Assembly: GCA_002269645.1 (NCBI GenBank)
Contig: NIVC01000227.1
Location: 124,001-188,000, forward strand
DNA length: 64,000 bases
Source: Macrostomum lignano
Taxonomy: Eukaryota
Direction of reading: 5' to 3'
The position numbers and the translations under genes were made by a program. Position 1 is the stretch's first letter; each line of letters begins with the position of its first letter. Below are positions 45,486-57,500 of this stretch, piece after piece. The notes under the pieces were generated by a model that was not told the DNA's origin, did no database searches, and saw only the letters and a list, made by a program, of their open reading frames with translations.

Positions 45486-46130
45486 TCATTCGGCCTTCGG
45501 CTCTTTGCTGCCAGCCGAGCGCTGCTGGAGGGCCTGGACTCGAGCCCTAATGAGCTCGTACAGCTTGCGAGCGGCGCTGGCGGCCACGCCAGATCCCAGG
45601 AGGCCCGGCAGCAGCAAGCCGCTAACGATGATCAAGTAGGCAAGGAACAGATTGTTAATTTTCTCAGCCAGAACCAGAAGGCTCAGAAGGGCCGGCAGAG
45701 CGATGGCCAGGTAGAACTGGGGCCTGTCGCGGCGGAGAGTCAGCATCTGAGAGGCCAGACCCGAGACCGAGTCCCACACGCCAACGAGCCTGGCGCAGGT
45801 GTCCCGATATCGGCGGTCGTCAGCTTCAGTCCAGGCGATGCCGGCAACTCCGCTAGACAGAAGCCAACTAGCGGCCAATGGTACAACAAAGTCTGCTATT
45901 AGTAGCAGCAAGCCAACAATGGCAAGCATAGACACAAGAGGCGGCTGCAGCCAGCCAATGAGCAGGAAGGCCAGCGTGATGCCAGCAATGATGCCGCCAA
46001 GGGCTGGCGGCTGCTCCCAGTGCAGGATGGCGTCAAGGCGAACGATGGGCACGCGCCAGCCGTGCAGCGACTTGGCCAGGGCGGCGGCCCGGTCCTCTTC
46101 AGACGGGAAGCTCACAGAGTTGGTCTGCAT
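45486..46130 (-). CDS. ARL6IP1: ARL6-interacting protein 1 (ER-shaping membrane protein), single exon, 214 aa
   Basis: LHGWRVPIVRLDAILHWEQ..ADFVVP..WTEADDRRYRDTCARLV, plus long hydrophobic hairpin segments and a KAE-type C-terminus. Confidence 0.9.
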   Translation of the reverse strand: MQTNSVSFPSEEDRAAALAKSLHGWRVPIVRLDAILHWEQPPALGGIIAGITLAFLLIGWLQPPLVSMLAIVGLLLLIADFVVPLAASWLLSSGVAGIAWTEADDRRYRDTCARLVGVWDSVSGLASQMLTLRRDRPQFYLAIALPALLSLLVLAEKINNLFLAYLIIVSGLLLPGLLGSGVAASAARKLYELIRARVQALQQRSAGSKEPKAE

Positions 46131-47292
46131 AGCTGACTTGAATTGCAGGTGAACTGATTTGATTGGAGTGCCAAGTTTGCTTTAATTCTTTCAAGTTGAA
46201 GAGCTTTAAACCATGCAAATATGTTTTCATATTATCAAATTTTTAATAGAGGTTGAGTGCAACAAGATGCTCTTTAAAAGCAACACTACAAAGAACTTTT
46301 ACCCAGATACAATGATGTCGAAATGGCCATTATTACACCATTCAGTGACTTCATTGGCAGGATTTTTTCATATTTATAAGAACAGGCATACTGCTTTGAT
46401 TTTAATAAACTAATAAACTACGAGTAAATACATGAAAAAATTATATTTCAATATTTGACCTACTTACAAATTGATTTTTTCTTTGTTTAGAATTTTACAC
46501 TCAACAACATTGAAAAGTCATTAATCTATGCACCAATGACCAATTTCTCTTAGAGTATTTTGAAATAAAAAATATCTATCCAACAAAACAAAACCATTGA
46601 ACACTGCATCTCCCCCAACTTTATTCCTCAACTCAAGCTTGCCATGGTATAGCTAAGTTGCATGACTTGCAAAGATTGGACTTTACCTATACCTTCTAAA
46701 GTAGGACCACAGACAGAATCTTTTGTGATAATGACTTTGTCAATTTTGATATTATTGAGTATATATAAGCACACTACAACATTAAGCCCCCAATTGTGGG
46801 CATTTAAATTGAAAATACTTTGACAGCATTAAAAACTTGTTTTTTTAATAATTAGTCCATTTCCAATTTATATAAATTTTATATATTAATTTTCCAAATT
46901 AGTCTAAATTAATTAGGTCTATTAGCTATATACTGTTCTTATCTACAATTGCATTATACTATATATGTTATATTTAAAAAATAAAGGCTGTTGTTATTTA
47001 TCTAGTGACTAGACAAATAGTGATATGGTTCATTATCTGATTACTAAATAATAGCCATGTTTCTCTATTTATCCGGTTAATACTGGGCAACTAGACATTT
47101 TGTTATTTGTTTGATTAAATTAATATTCTATTTTATAGAAACTACAAGGGTAAATATTCCTGGACATCAAAGACTTCTTACTTGTACCTTGATTATTATG
47201 TTGTTACACCAGTGTATGTCTTATATACCAAATTATGCCAAATTGCATATACATTATACATATGTTTTGCTTGCACTAGTAGGCCCCCTATA

Positions 47293-48118
47293 CCATAGTC
47301 AGGAAGGTGGCAAGTGCACGCGGGAATCAATTTATGGAAAAATCCTTGGTGCATGTCAATGTACGCCAATTTTTTAAAACCCTTAACATGACGTTTCTGT
47401 TGCACGCAAAAAATCTTGAATACCAAAAATCATGTACGCCGAAAATTGTGTATACCAAAATCCTGTATGCCAAAAGTGGTTACACTGTCTGTTTACCCTA
47501 CAGTAAATGGTAAAAAAATTGGTAAAATGACTTAAATTTTGTGTCAAAAATAAAACAGAAAACAACTGACTGCGTATTTAACGTAACTTTATACAGTATT
47601 TAGAATTGAGAGATTTAAATAAATTTTCTACTTACGTTAAACAAAGTTTATATAAAAAAAGGAAATTCGCTACAAAGAACATAGTGAGTATCAAAAACTT
47701 TTTCTTCACATTTCAAGAAACAAATAAACTAAAAGTCTACAAGAGTCACAAAATAAGAGCGTTTAAAAGTTATTGGATATTTTAATTTTAATGTAGGCTG
47801 TAGAGTGTCAGGCCTGGCTGTAGGCTAGGCTGTAGCCTCAACTAGTTGGTTTAATCAATATTCAAATTCAATTGTTCATGTTTAACTTTATATAGGCCTA
47901 TTGTATATATATAGTGTATACATCTATATCTGACTTGTTGATATACTGTCAGTTTGTAATTGCACGCCAAGGTTACACGCCAAGTAAAAAACTTGTACGC
48001 TGAAAATTTAGGCGTGGCTTGAGACCCCTATTTGCACGCCAACTTTGCATGCCAAAATTTTAGCATGGCTTGTGCACGCGGGAAAATTCCGGCGTGCAGG
48101 CCACCTTCCTGAGTATGG
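47293..48118. mobile_element. Non-autonomous DNA transposon, 826 bp, with 8-bp TSD
   Basis: TIR CCATA(G/C)TCAGGAAGGTGGC; CCCCTATA at 47285-47292 and 48119-48126; multiple subterminal GYACGCC motifs. Confidence 0.88.
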
Positions 48119-48331
48119 CCCCTATATAACAAAATATTAATCAGGATATAAGAAAAGGTCTTAAAAATCTAGAAGATTTATCACTAAACACAGATATTTA
48201 TATTAGCAATTTAGCTACACAAATAGCAAAAAGGCTATTTTTCCAGTCACTAGATAAATAACAACTGCCAAAAATAAAATTTTAGTGTAGTATTAGGCCT
48301 AGATTTGTTGTGAATATATATTCTATACTAT

Positions 48332-49117
48332 GGCTCATTCCATATAAGCATGGTCGTAACATGACAGGTTATTTTTACTTATAAAATGAAATCTAATAAT
48401 AGAATATACTAAACCAATATTTTAAATGAAAGATTATTTTGTCTAGAATATATTTATAGAGTTTCATATAGATATCATCATTAGTATAGATGCTATTAAA
48501 CCTTAAATGACACTTATGGTCGTAACGACAGGATTTTTGACATATAGAAACTAAAAGGTAAAAGTCTTATAACATTTTTCATTTTTGATATTTTGCAATA
48601 CATTTTTAAAATTTGACTAAGAACATCTTTAGAAATCATACTCTTTTATTAGAATATATAAACTCAAAAGGCAACAAAGATACAAAAGAAAAGGCAGCCT
48701 TATGGTCGTAACATTATGGTCGTAACATATTTTTTTCTGTCAATTCAGTAACTTTGAGGTACTAATACATTAAAAATATAATAGATTATTTGGTCAATAA
48801 TGCTTTTATCTGATGATGCAAGTACTATACTTTTATCTATAGTTTGTTTCAACCTTCAAAAGCTTTCTATTTGTTTTTAAAAGGTACAAAATCTTAATGA
48901 TGTCTTTTGCTTCGAAAAATGTCCAAATTTTTACAAAAATGACTTTTTGCCAATTGATAACATACTAATCCAACATTTTACCATTCCTTTATTCTTAGAT
49001 TGTATATATTGCACAATATAAACATTTGGTAAAAAAATAGGCTAATTAGGCAATGGCAAGCAAAAATATTGACTTTTTTCTATTTTCCAAATATGTCCAT
49101 CTTATATGGAATGAGCC
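48332..49117. mobile_element. MITE-like element with 17-bp TIRs
   Basis: GGCTCATTCCATATAAG at the left, its reverse complement at the right; four internal ATGGTCGTAAC motifs; TSD ambiguous (possibly TA). Confidence 0.65.
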
Positions 49118-49446
49118 CTATACATTAGCCAAAGAAAGGCCTAAATGGTTGAATTAGGCCTAAAGAATTAAATCATAGAATAGAGTGCCTATTGAAAGCA
49201 TTAAAAACATTGTTTTGCATATTTGACCTACTTCCTATTCAAATTTTTCATTAAAAAGTGATGCATGATATATAATACCAAAAAAGAATTTTTAAAGCTA
49301 GGCCCTAAGGGCCTAATATAAAAAATTAGCTAGACAGTTCTCAAAAAAATTAACAATAGACAGACTGACTAGGGCCTAATATACAAACAGTGCAAAATTA
49401 GTATATAAGTCTTAGATAATTGACGTATCTATGGCAATTCTTTAGT

Positions 49447-49882
49447 CTAATCATTCATTAGACTAATTTCTTATAATCATTCATTAGACTAATTTCTTAT
49501 AATCATTCATTAGACTAATTTCTTATAATCATTCATTAGACTAATTTCTTATAATCATTCATTAGACTAATTTCTTATAATCATTCATTAGACTAATTTC
49601 TTATAATCATTCATTAGACTAATTTCTTATAATCATTCATTAGACTAATTTCTTATAATCATTCATTAGACTAATTTCTTATAATCATTCATTAGACTAA
49701 TTTCTTATAATCATTCATTAGACTAATTTCTTATAATCATTCATTAGACTAATTTCTTATAATCATTCATTAGACTAATTTCTTATAATCATTCATTAGA
49801 CTAATTTCTTATAATCATTCATTAGACTAATTTCTTATAATCATTCATTAGACTAATTTCTTATAATCATTCATTAGACTAA
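49447..49882. repeat. 26-bp minisatellite, ~16 copies
   Basis: Unit AATCATTCATTAGACTAATTTCTTAT. Confidence 0.97.
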
Positions 49883-50829
49883 ATAACTATAAGCAGCTAT
49901 TATGTTAGGTCCTATATACCTAGTCTATGATATATAATAGCAAAAGCTAAGACTAAGATACTAGTGGTAGTTTTTGTGTTTATTGAACATTTGTCTATTT
50001 ATCCTATTACTATTTGTCAAAATTATGTTAGTTCATCTAAAAAATTTAACAATTATCAACATATAATTGCAAATTATGCATAATGTAAGATACTAACATT
50101 GATATTATATGATTTTCTTTCAAGGTAGTCAATTAGCAGTGCCTACATTGCAGCCACACTCCAGATAATTGCAGATATCAGATATGTAGATTAGTAGATA
50201 GAACCTAACACTAACAATTCAGTATAGGCCTAAGATTAAGAATAGATATAATTTGAAATTCCAAATAAAGCAGGTACTATAGGTAGAACAACAAAGTCTT
50301 GAACGCGTGGCATATATTTAGGACTATCTGTCTTTACGACTAAGTCTATAGTAGAAAATCCCCAAGTTTATGGTATTGGAGGCCAAACTCAATACATATT
50401 TCTTACAACAAAAACTTGTAATTTTAAAAACTATAAACTAAATCACATTTTTGTAAAACATTGCTTAAATTATTATGGACTCTAGTCGTATAATTCGTAA
50501 GGCTATACAATAATGTTTTTAGAAAGCAGTTTTTTAAATACCTCGGTCAAAACCTCCGCTTTGTTTAACATATTTTCAGATATTGCGCGTGAACTTGAAT
50601 TTCTTCAAAACTAATATGTACTACATAGCTAGGACTCATTCCAAAAGTAAGTTTCGAATTCGATCAACTATAAAAGACACACTAGTAAATCAACAATCAA
50701 AAAAACTTTGCAACCGTAAAATGAACTCATGTCAGCCATGGTTAGACTATACTCTACAAATTTGCCGCGAGGTAACGCTTCTGCCAGCGACGCACGGACG
50801 CACCCCCGGCCGCGCGCGCCTCAATTATG

Positions 50830-51530
50830 AGGCAGCTAGAGGGCTGCATGCAAAGGTTGCCAGGCAATGGCCAGATGCCGAAGAGCTGTTGAAGCACTGT
50901 TATTAATTTGTTCCACCGAGGCAAAACGTTGACCACCGACTCTCCTTCGTCCTTGAAAACGTAGAAGTCCACCGAGCCAGTTAAAAATTGTCATGCAGCA
51001 GGCGAATACCCTAGCTAAGGGTAGAGTGGCTGAGCCAACTTCCCCAGTCCTCCTTCCCCAGGAGCTCTTCCACTCTTCTGGCACGGTGCAAAGGCGCATT
51101 GTTGTGATGAAAGATGACCCTTCTCTCCAGCAAGCCAGGTCGCAATTCTTTCGACCACCGCGGTCGCAGTACATATAGTTTCTCTTGCAGAATCCATTTT
51201 GTATTGATCCGTGTTCACCTTTGGTACTAGGCACAAGCCATTCCACGAGAATGCCATATGGACGTCGAAGAACTAGCAGCGTTGAACTTTCTGCTTTCCC
51301 TGCACCTTCTCTGGGCTTACTGATTACATGTATCTTGGAAGCCACATTGTGCTGACTGGCGCTTCAGCTCACGATTCCAATTTGCACATGTACATGTAGA
51401 TCTAAGTCTCATCGATCGTGTCACAATAATCCTAGCTGCTGAGGAAGTCGCATTACCTTCTCGATGCAATCGACGAAGGTGCTCTCTGGACAGCCTCACC
51501 CGCTCCTCCATCTGCTCTTCTGTCAGCAAC
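50830..51530 (-). mobile_element. Degenerate mariner transposase remnant
   Basis: RVRLSREHLRRLHREG, RIIVT, FHHNNAPLH and GQRFAS fragments across frameshifts; TIRs not identified. Confidence 0.7.
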
Positions 51531-52126
51531 TTGTCAAAATGAGAGGTGCGAGCAGGCTCTTATAAGAAAAAATGTGTCGTTCATAATGTTGTGCCCGGGT
51601 GCACTTGCACCGATGAGCAATCTCTGGCTCTCGGTCAAGTGTGCCCGGCCGGCCCACTGCACTCCCACCCCCGGCCGCGTGCCTGCGCCAACCCCCCCCA
51701 TTCTGTCTGCGTCAACCCCCCCTCCAGTTGCACCCACCCCACTGCCTGTTAGGCCAGCCGGCTTTGGCTGGCTGCGGGCCCAGTGCGCCCCCTCGCTCAC
51801 CCTGCGATTGGCTGGTGGTCCAGCCAATCGGTTTGTTTTCTCTCCCCTCCAATCGCGACCCCGACTTTTAACTTTTTCCTTGTTGGATAAGACGATCGTA
51901 ATTTTGGCTAGCTGGGCCTGGGGTAGCGATACCCCAGGGTTTAACCAGCTAGCACAAATATTAAATATATGTAGGAGCGGCAGTAGGGGAGGCATCTCTC
52001 TTTCCTTGGTTGAATTGTGAAAGTCACAGCCATAATTAAGTTTAATACTGTAATCTAGATACTTGTCTATTCTATAGACTGAACAGAGAACATTGAGAGA
52101 AGCCACCCCTGCTGCCGCCACCGCTG

Positions 52127-52330
52127 TTACCCGAAGAAACAGAGTGAGTCGCGTGTCTTTTTATTTGGGGGACTGGCGGGAATTAATCTGTGCAATAGGG
52201 ACGGGCTGATTAAGTCCCCTGACGCGATTCCCCGCTCAGAGTCCGAAGTCAGTCCGGCCAGTTGACTGACGCCATCTTCGGCTCGTTCACAGTGATAGTC
52301 AGGGTAGTGATCCGGCCTGTACCACAACAA
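52127..52330 (-). pseudogene. Possible LINE APE-endonuclease remnant
   Basis: LWYRP...IASGDL spacing resembles the VYRPP...IxGDFN motif; weak. Confidence 0.25.
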
Positions 52331-53996
52331 TAACTATAGGGGACAACATCTGAGGTGGATGAAATATTTCTGAAACTTGCCAAGGTGTACCGCGTGTACG
52401 TAAAGGAAACTAATAGATGTAATATTCATCGTATTGTAACGTAATGTATAAAATTACTACCCATGCATTTGCCAAATTGACATCGTATGCATCCTTACAA
52501 AAGACCATGTATAAATAAGAGGTAACACCATGGCAGCAGTAACTTCTCCAGTGATCATTAATTGCATGCTTCTTCATCCCTGCGGCAGAGTTGTACATGC
52601 AAATACACAAGAGTATACAAATTGTACTCTCGCTTTGGGCCGGCCGACGGTATTTCCGTGGGTTTTCCCTGCGGCAGAGTTTGCCTAAGGCGTAAAGTAT
52701 AGGCGGTGCGTGAATTGCAAATGGGTATTGAGTTGTCACAGGATATTGTTGTACATAACATAAACTTTAATTCATGCAGCAAATAAATGTTAATAGTTAG
52801 CACCATGTAGCCATGCCTATTAGTAAGTGTGGCGGAATTATTAACATCGACGAAATCAAGCTTTGAAATGGAAGTCTTTCATGGAGATTTTGTTAGAGAG
52901 GTCATTATTTTAGGCGATAGCAATAGAAATATTTGTTTGCAGTTCTACTACAAATAGTATAACTTTTAACAACACAAAATGTTGTATTGCTCATTTCAAA
53001 TTTAAAATGATTCCCGTATTCATGCATGCGTTTTGAATTTTTGTAATGCTCGTCTAAAATTTGAATTGCTTCGGCCGTGGCAAAATATTCAGCTAGTAAT
53101 ATACATAAAGTGCAATTAAAAGTCCAAATTTTCGAAGTAGATGCTGTACTTTTGTTGAGTTAAAAACTAAGTCACAATCGGAATACGCAGAAAGGTGTCC
53201 CTGACTTACACATAGCTTCTTTTTCACAAGAAAGTATATGCACTTCAACCAAGTTTTCTCAATGATTATTTCTTTATTTGTGCACCACAGAATGGAGATC
53301 TACTACAGAGCAGAAGTCGAAATGAACTTCATTGCTCGACAAATTAGCGGAGCAATAAAAATATAACTGCTTGCTTATTTTACTAGCTAGATTCTATATG
53401 TTGTTGTTGTAGCAGAGGGTGGAACAGTGGCTATTAACGGACTTAATGAAATAATAAGGAAACGTCAGAGAAATATAGTAACAAAATAAATATTTTAAAT
53501 CAATGATAAGAATGCACTGTAGACCATTTGGTTTAGGCTTGCTGTTACAAACTCTGCTTTTGTTATAAGTGAAGCCTATCTCATAAAAACAAAATGATGC
53601 TGAAAAAGTGCACGACACAAATCTGCTACCATTTCGAGCATCAGAATTTCAGAAATTCTGGTTACATGTACATTCATGCACTTTTATTTGAACTTGCGAT
53701 GAACCATTGACGGAACTTGACAAAAAGCCGACTAAATGTTTGCTAGAGAAAAAAAACTAAAAAGCACAAATGAAAATAAGAATAATGCATTGAAAATATT
53801 TTATAACAGAGAATTTAAAGTATTACAGAAAGGTGGAGCTTAAACTGAGAAATAACAGGGTCTTTGGATTAGCAGCATATATTTTATTATACAAACGATT
53901 ATCCGTAATGGTTTTTCTAATAACTTTGATAAACCATGGAACATCCGTTCAAATAAGCCGCCAAGTTTGCAATATTGGGTATGTTACACTTAATTT

Positions 53997-54300
53997 GGGG
54001 TTGCAGCCTAGTAGTTAGAGTGTCGGACTCATGACTGAAAGGTCAGGGGTTCGATTCTCGACCCACTGGGAACAATTTGTGTCCTTGAGCCAGACACTTA
54101 ACTCTGCATTGCTTCAGTTCACCCAGCTGTAAAATAGGTGTCAGCATTAGCTGGGGTAATTGAGGGTGTGTGGCGACCCCCCAGTCCTTGGACTGAACAG
54201 CCGTACGCAGCCTTCAGATGCGCCGCGCAATAGCTGCGGCTGAGTTGTCGGTTGCACATCTGCCCATCAGGACAGGTGTAATCAATTATATTTAGTAATA
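53997..54300 (+). mobile_element. tRNA-derived SINE with a CORE-like central domain
   Basis: A box GCAGCCTAGTAGTTAGAG, B box GGTTCGATTC, then TGTGTCCTTGAGCCAGACACTTAACTC..CAGTT..CTGTAAAATAGG, and an AT-rich tail. Confidence 0.8.
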
Positions 54301-54522
54301 TTATTATTATACTTTATCAAACTAAAGTATTTCAACTTGGCCTATAAAATATTGTCCGTACGAAATTTACGAATTTAATTTTAGCAACCCTACTTCCGTC
54401 CCGACTCGTCATGTTCTAATCAGAGCGGAGTATGCGGTTGTGCAATTTTGGCGCAAATTTAAACTTTAGTTTTCAAACATTGCAGTACTTGCCGAAATTT
54501 TTAAGCACACCTCTGGAAGTCT

Positions 54523-57500
54523 TTACTGGATGACGCATTTCTCTTTGGCATCGGCCAGCATCTTCTGCGGCACGGCCGTGACATTTTTAACCGTGTCCCG
54601 CATGCCCTCAGGCAGCACTGAGGTGAAGTCCTCTTCGTCCTCGAGGTCACGCTCGGCCGCCAATTCCTCGGGCGTTTTGCGTTTTCTGCCCAGCCGGCCG
54701 GCCGGATCGTCCGGCGGCATCATGCTGAGCGGGTCCTCCTTCTTCTGGATGTTGTACTGCATCGGGTGGGGCATTGAAAGCGACATGTGCAGCTATAGTA
54801 TGCGGTGAAATCGCATTTACACAATAGAAAGTTTTGCCGACTATGTGCAGCCAGTACCAACTGGTCCATTAGCCCTTTGATTGGGTGTTCTTAGCTACCC
54901 TTAAGCTCCGTTGACAATAGAGCGCTCTTAAACTACAGTTATGGTCTTTCAATAGAGCGCTCTTAACTACTGTTAAGGTCTTTCAATAGAGCGCTCTTAA
55001 CTACCGCGCGTTATGGTCTTTCAATAGAGCGCTCTTAACTGCCGTTATGGTCTTTCAATAGAGCGCTCTTAACTACCGTTATTGTCATTCAATAGAGTGC
55101 TCTTAACTACCGTTATTGTCTTTCAATAGAGCGCTCTTAACTACCGTTATTGTCTTTCAATAGAGCGCTCTTAACTACCGTTATTGCCTTTCAATAGAGC
55201 GCTCTTAACTACCGTTAAGGTCTTTCAATAGAGCGCTCTTAACTACCGCGCGTTATGGTCTTTCAATAGAGCGCTCTTAACAACCGTTATGGTCTTTCAA
55301 TAGAGCGCTCTTAACCACCTTTAAGGTCTTTCGAAGAGGCCCTCTAAGCTATTCGTTAGGTCCTCCAACGACGCATGTAACTTTTCAAGAATTAGGCGGT
55401 TATGCAAAGGTTTGTGTTTTTTCATGGTCAATCCAGGCTTAATATTGAAGTCATGGGGTACGGTTGGATTCATATAGAGCCACGATTGAGGTTTTACGTG
55501 TATCTCCAGGTACTAATTAGGTAACTGCAATTGAAAGTCTATACGTAGAAAATGGTGAGGTAAAACACCCAAGAAAATCGGGCTTCTGCCAGTTTCGATC
55601 GCTTTTTAGGAAAGTGTCAGACTGGAAGCGTCTTACGAGTATAATAGATGAGAAATTTGCCAGCGCCTACTCGAAACAGCAATCCATAAGTAATTTGCAT
55701 CGATCTGCCATCCCGCTTACTCACCTTGTCCCGGATTCCCTGCCTCATCTCCTCTCGTTCAGCCTCCATCTTTCTATGCTTCTCGTCCCGTTTGCGCTTC
55801 TCCTCCGCCAGAGCCTCCGCGATCTCCGCCTGCTGCTCGGCGAGCTTCTCGGCGTCCTCGCCGGTGGCCTCGCCGCCTCCGACTGCGCCTGCAGAGGTTT
55901 TCATGCAGCTATTTTTAGCTCAGGTTTGTGAAAAAGCGGAGTTAGCGCAAGGGTTTACTGGGTTAAACGAAATTAAGTGGGGTGGGTGTGCAGGTGGGAT
56001 GGGTGTGTAGAAGTGGGGTGGGTGTGCAGGAGTGGGGTGGGTGTGCAGGAGTGGGGTGGGTGTGCAGGAGTTGGGTGGGTGTGCAGGAGTGAGGTGGGTG
56101 TGCAGGAGTGGGGTGGGTGAGCAGGAGTGAGGTGGGTGTGCAGGAGTGGGGTGGGTGAGCAGGAGTGGGGTGGGTGTGCAGGAGTGGGGTGGGTGTGCAG
56201 GAGTTGGGTGGGTGTGCAGGAGTGGGGTGGGTGTGCAGGAGTGGGATGGGTGTGCAGGAGTGAGGTGGGTGTGCAGGAGTGGGGTGGGTGTGCAGGAGTG
56301 GGTGAGTGTGCAGGGGTGGGTGTGAAGAGTCGGGGTGGTTGTACAAGAGTGAGGTAAGTGTACAGGAGTGAATTGGGTTTGCATAAATGAAGTGGACATC
56401 ATGTCAGCAGTGCTTGGCATTCGACAAAAGCATCACTTTGTGTCCTCTGTGATAGCACTGCAGACGATAGCAGCAATGAGACGCGAACAAGATGCCAACG
56501 GCTTGAAACTGGGCCTGTAATGAAGCTGAATAGACAGACTGTCATGGAGGAGAGTCAAGCAACTGGGATAGCAAAGTGACAGTAAATAGATTGGCGCAGA
56601 AAGGGGCAGCCAATAAAGTAAACCCCAGCGCATCAGCGATAAGAATTGAGCAGTTGGAAGTGAGATTGGCATTTGCATGCAGCTGCGGGGGGCGCCTCAG
56701 CTATACCAGTTCGTGGTCTCTGCCGCGGCAGAGAATCAAATGGGGCCGGATTTCGGGCCGAATGGGGGAGGTTTCAATAATTCAATATTTAGGGCATGCA
56801 GCGCAGACAGTGCTTGATTCAGATGGCTCAGGCCTAATCAAATACATGTGCGTCCCGCTCTGTCTCGCGTCCTCACTTCTTGATCCCCAGTGGAATCCTC
56901 TGCCAACCTCATTTGGGACAAATTGACTGCCTGGGTTCCGGTGGGCGCCGGGATTGTACTATTGTTGCAACTGAAAGAAAATTGCTTTTTCTGCCTGCGG
57001 AGACTTAATCTATTTGGTGATTTAGGACCCATTGGCTGGGAATTAGGGTGGATGCGGGGAGGATTTGAAACTGACGTAATTTACTGAGTAAGCAAATGTG
57101 AACTGATTTCGAATGCTGACTTTGTGCTGACTTTGTGCTGGCGCCCCCGGTGCTGGCGCCCCCGGTGTTGGCGCCCCCGGTGCTGGCGCCCCGGTGCTGG
57201 CGCCCCCGGTGCTGGCGCCCCCGGTGCTGGCGCCCCGGTGCTGGCGCCCCGGTGCTGGCGCCCCCGGTGCTGGCGCCCCCGGTGCTGGCGCCCCGGTGCT
57301 GGCGCCCCCGGTGCTGGCGCCCCCGGTGCTGGCGCCCCGGTGCTGGCGCCCCCGGTGCTGGCGCCCCCGGTGCTGGCGCCCCCGGTGCTGGCGCCCCCGG
57401 TGCTGGCGCCCCCGGTGCTGGCGCCCCCGGTGCTGGCGCCCCGGTGCTGGCGCCCCCGGTGCTGGCGCCCCGGTGCTGGCGCCCCCGGTGCTGGCGCCCC

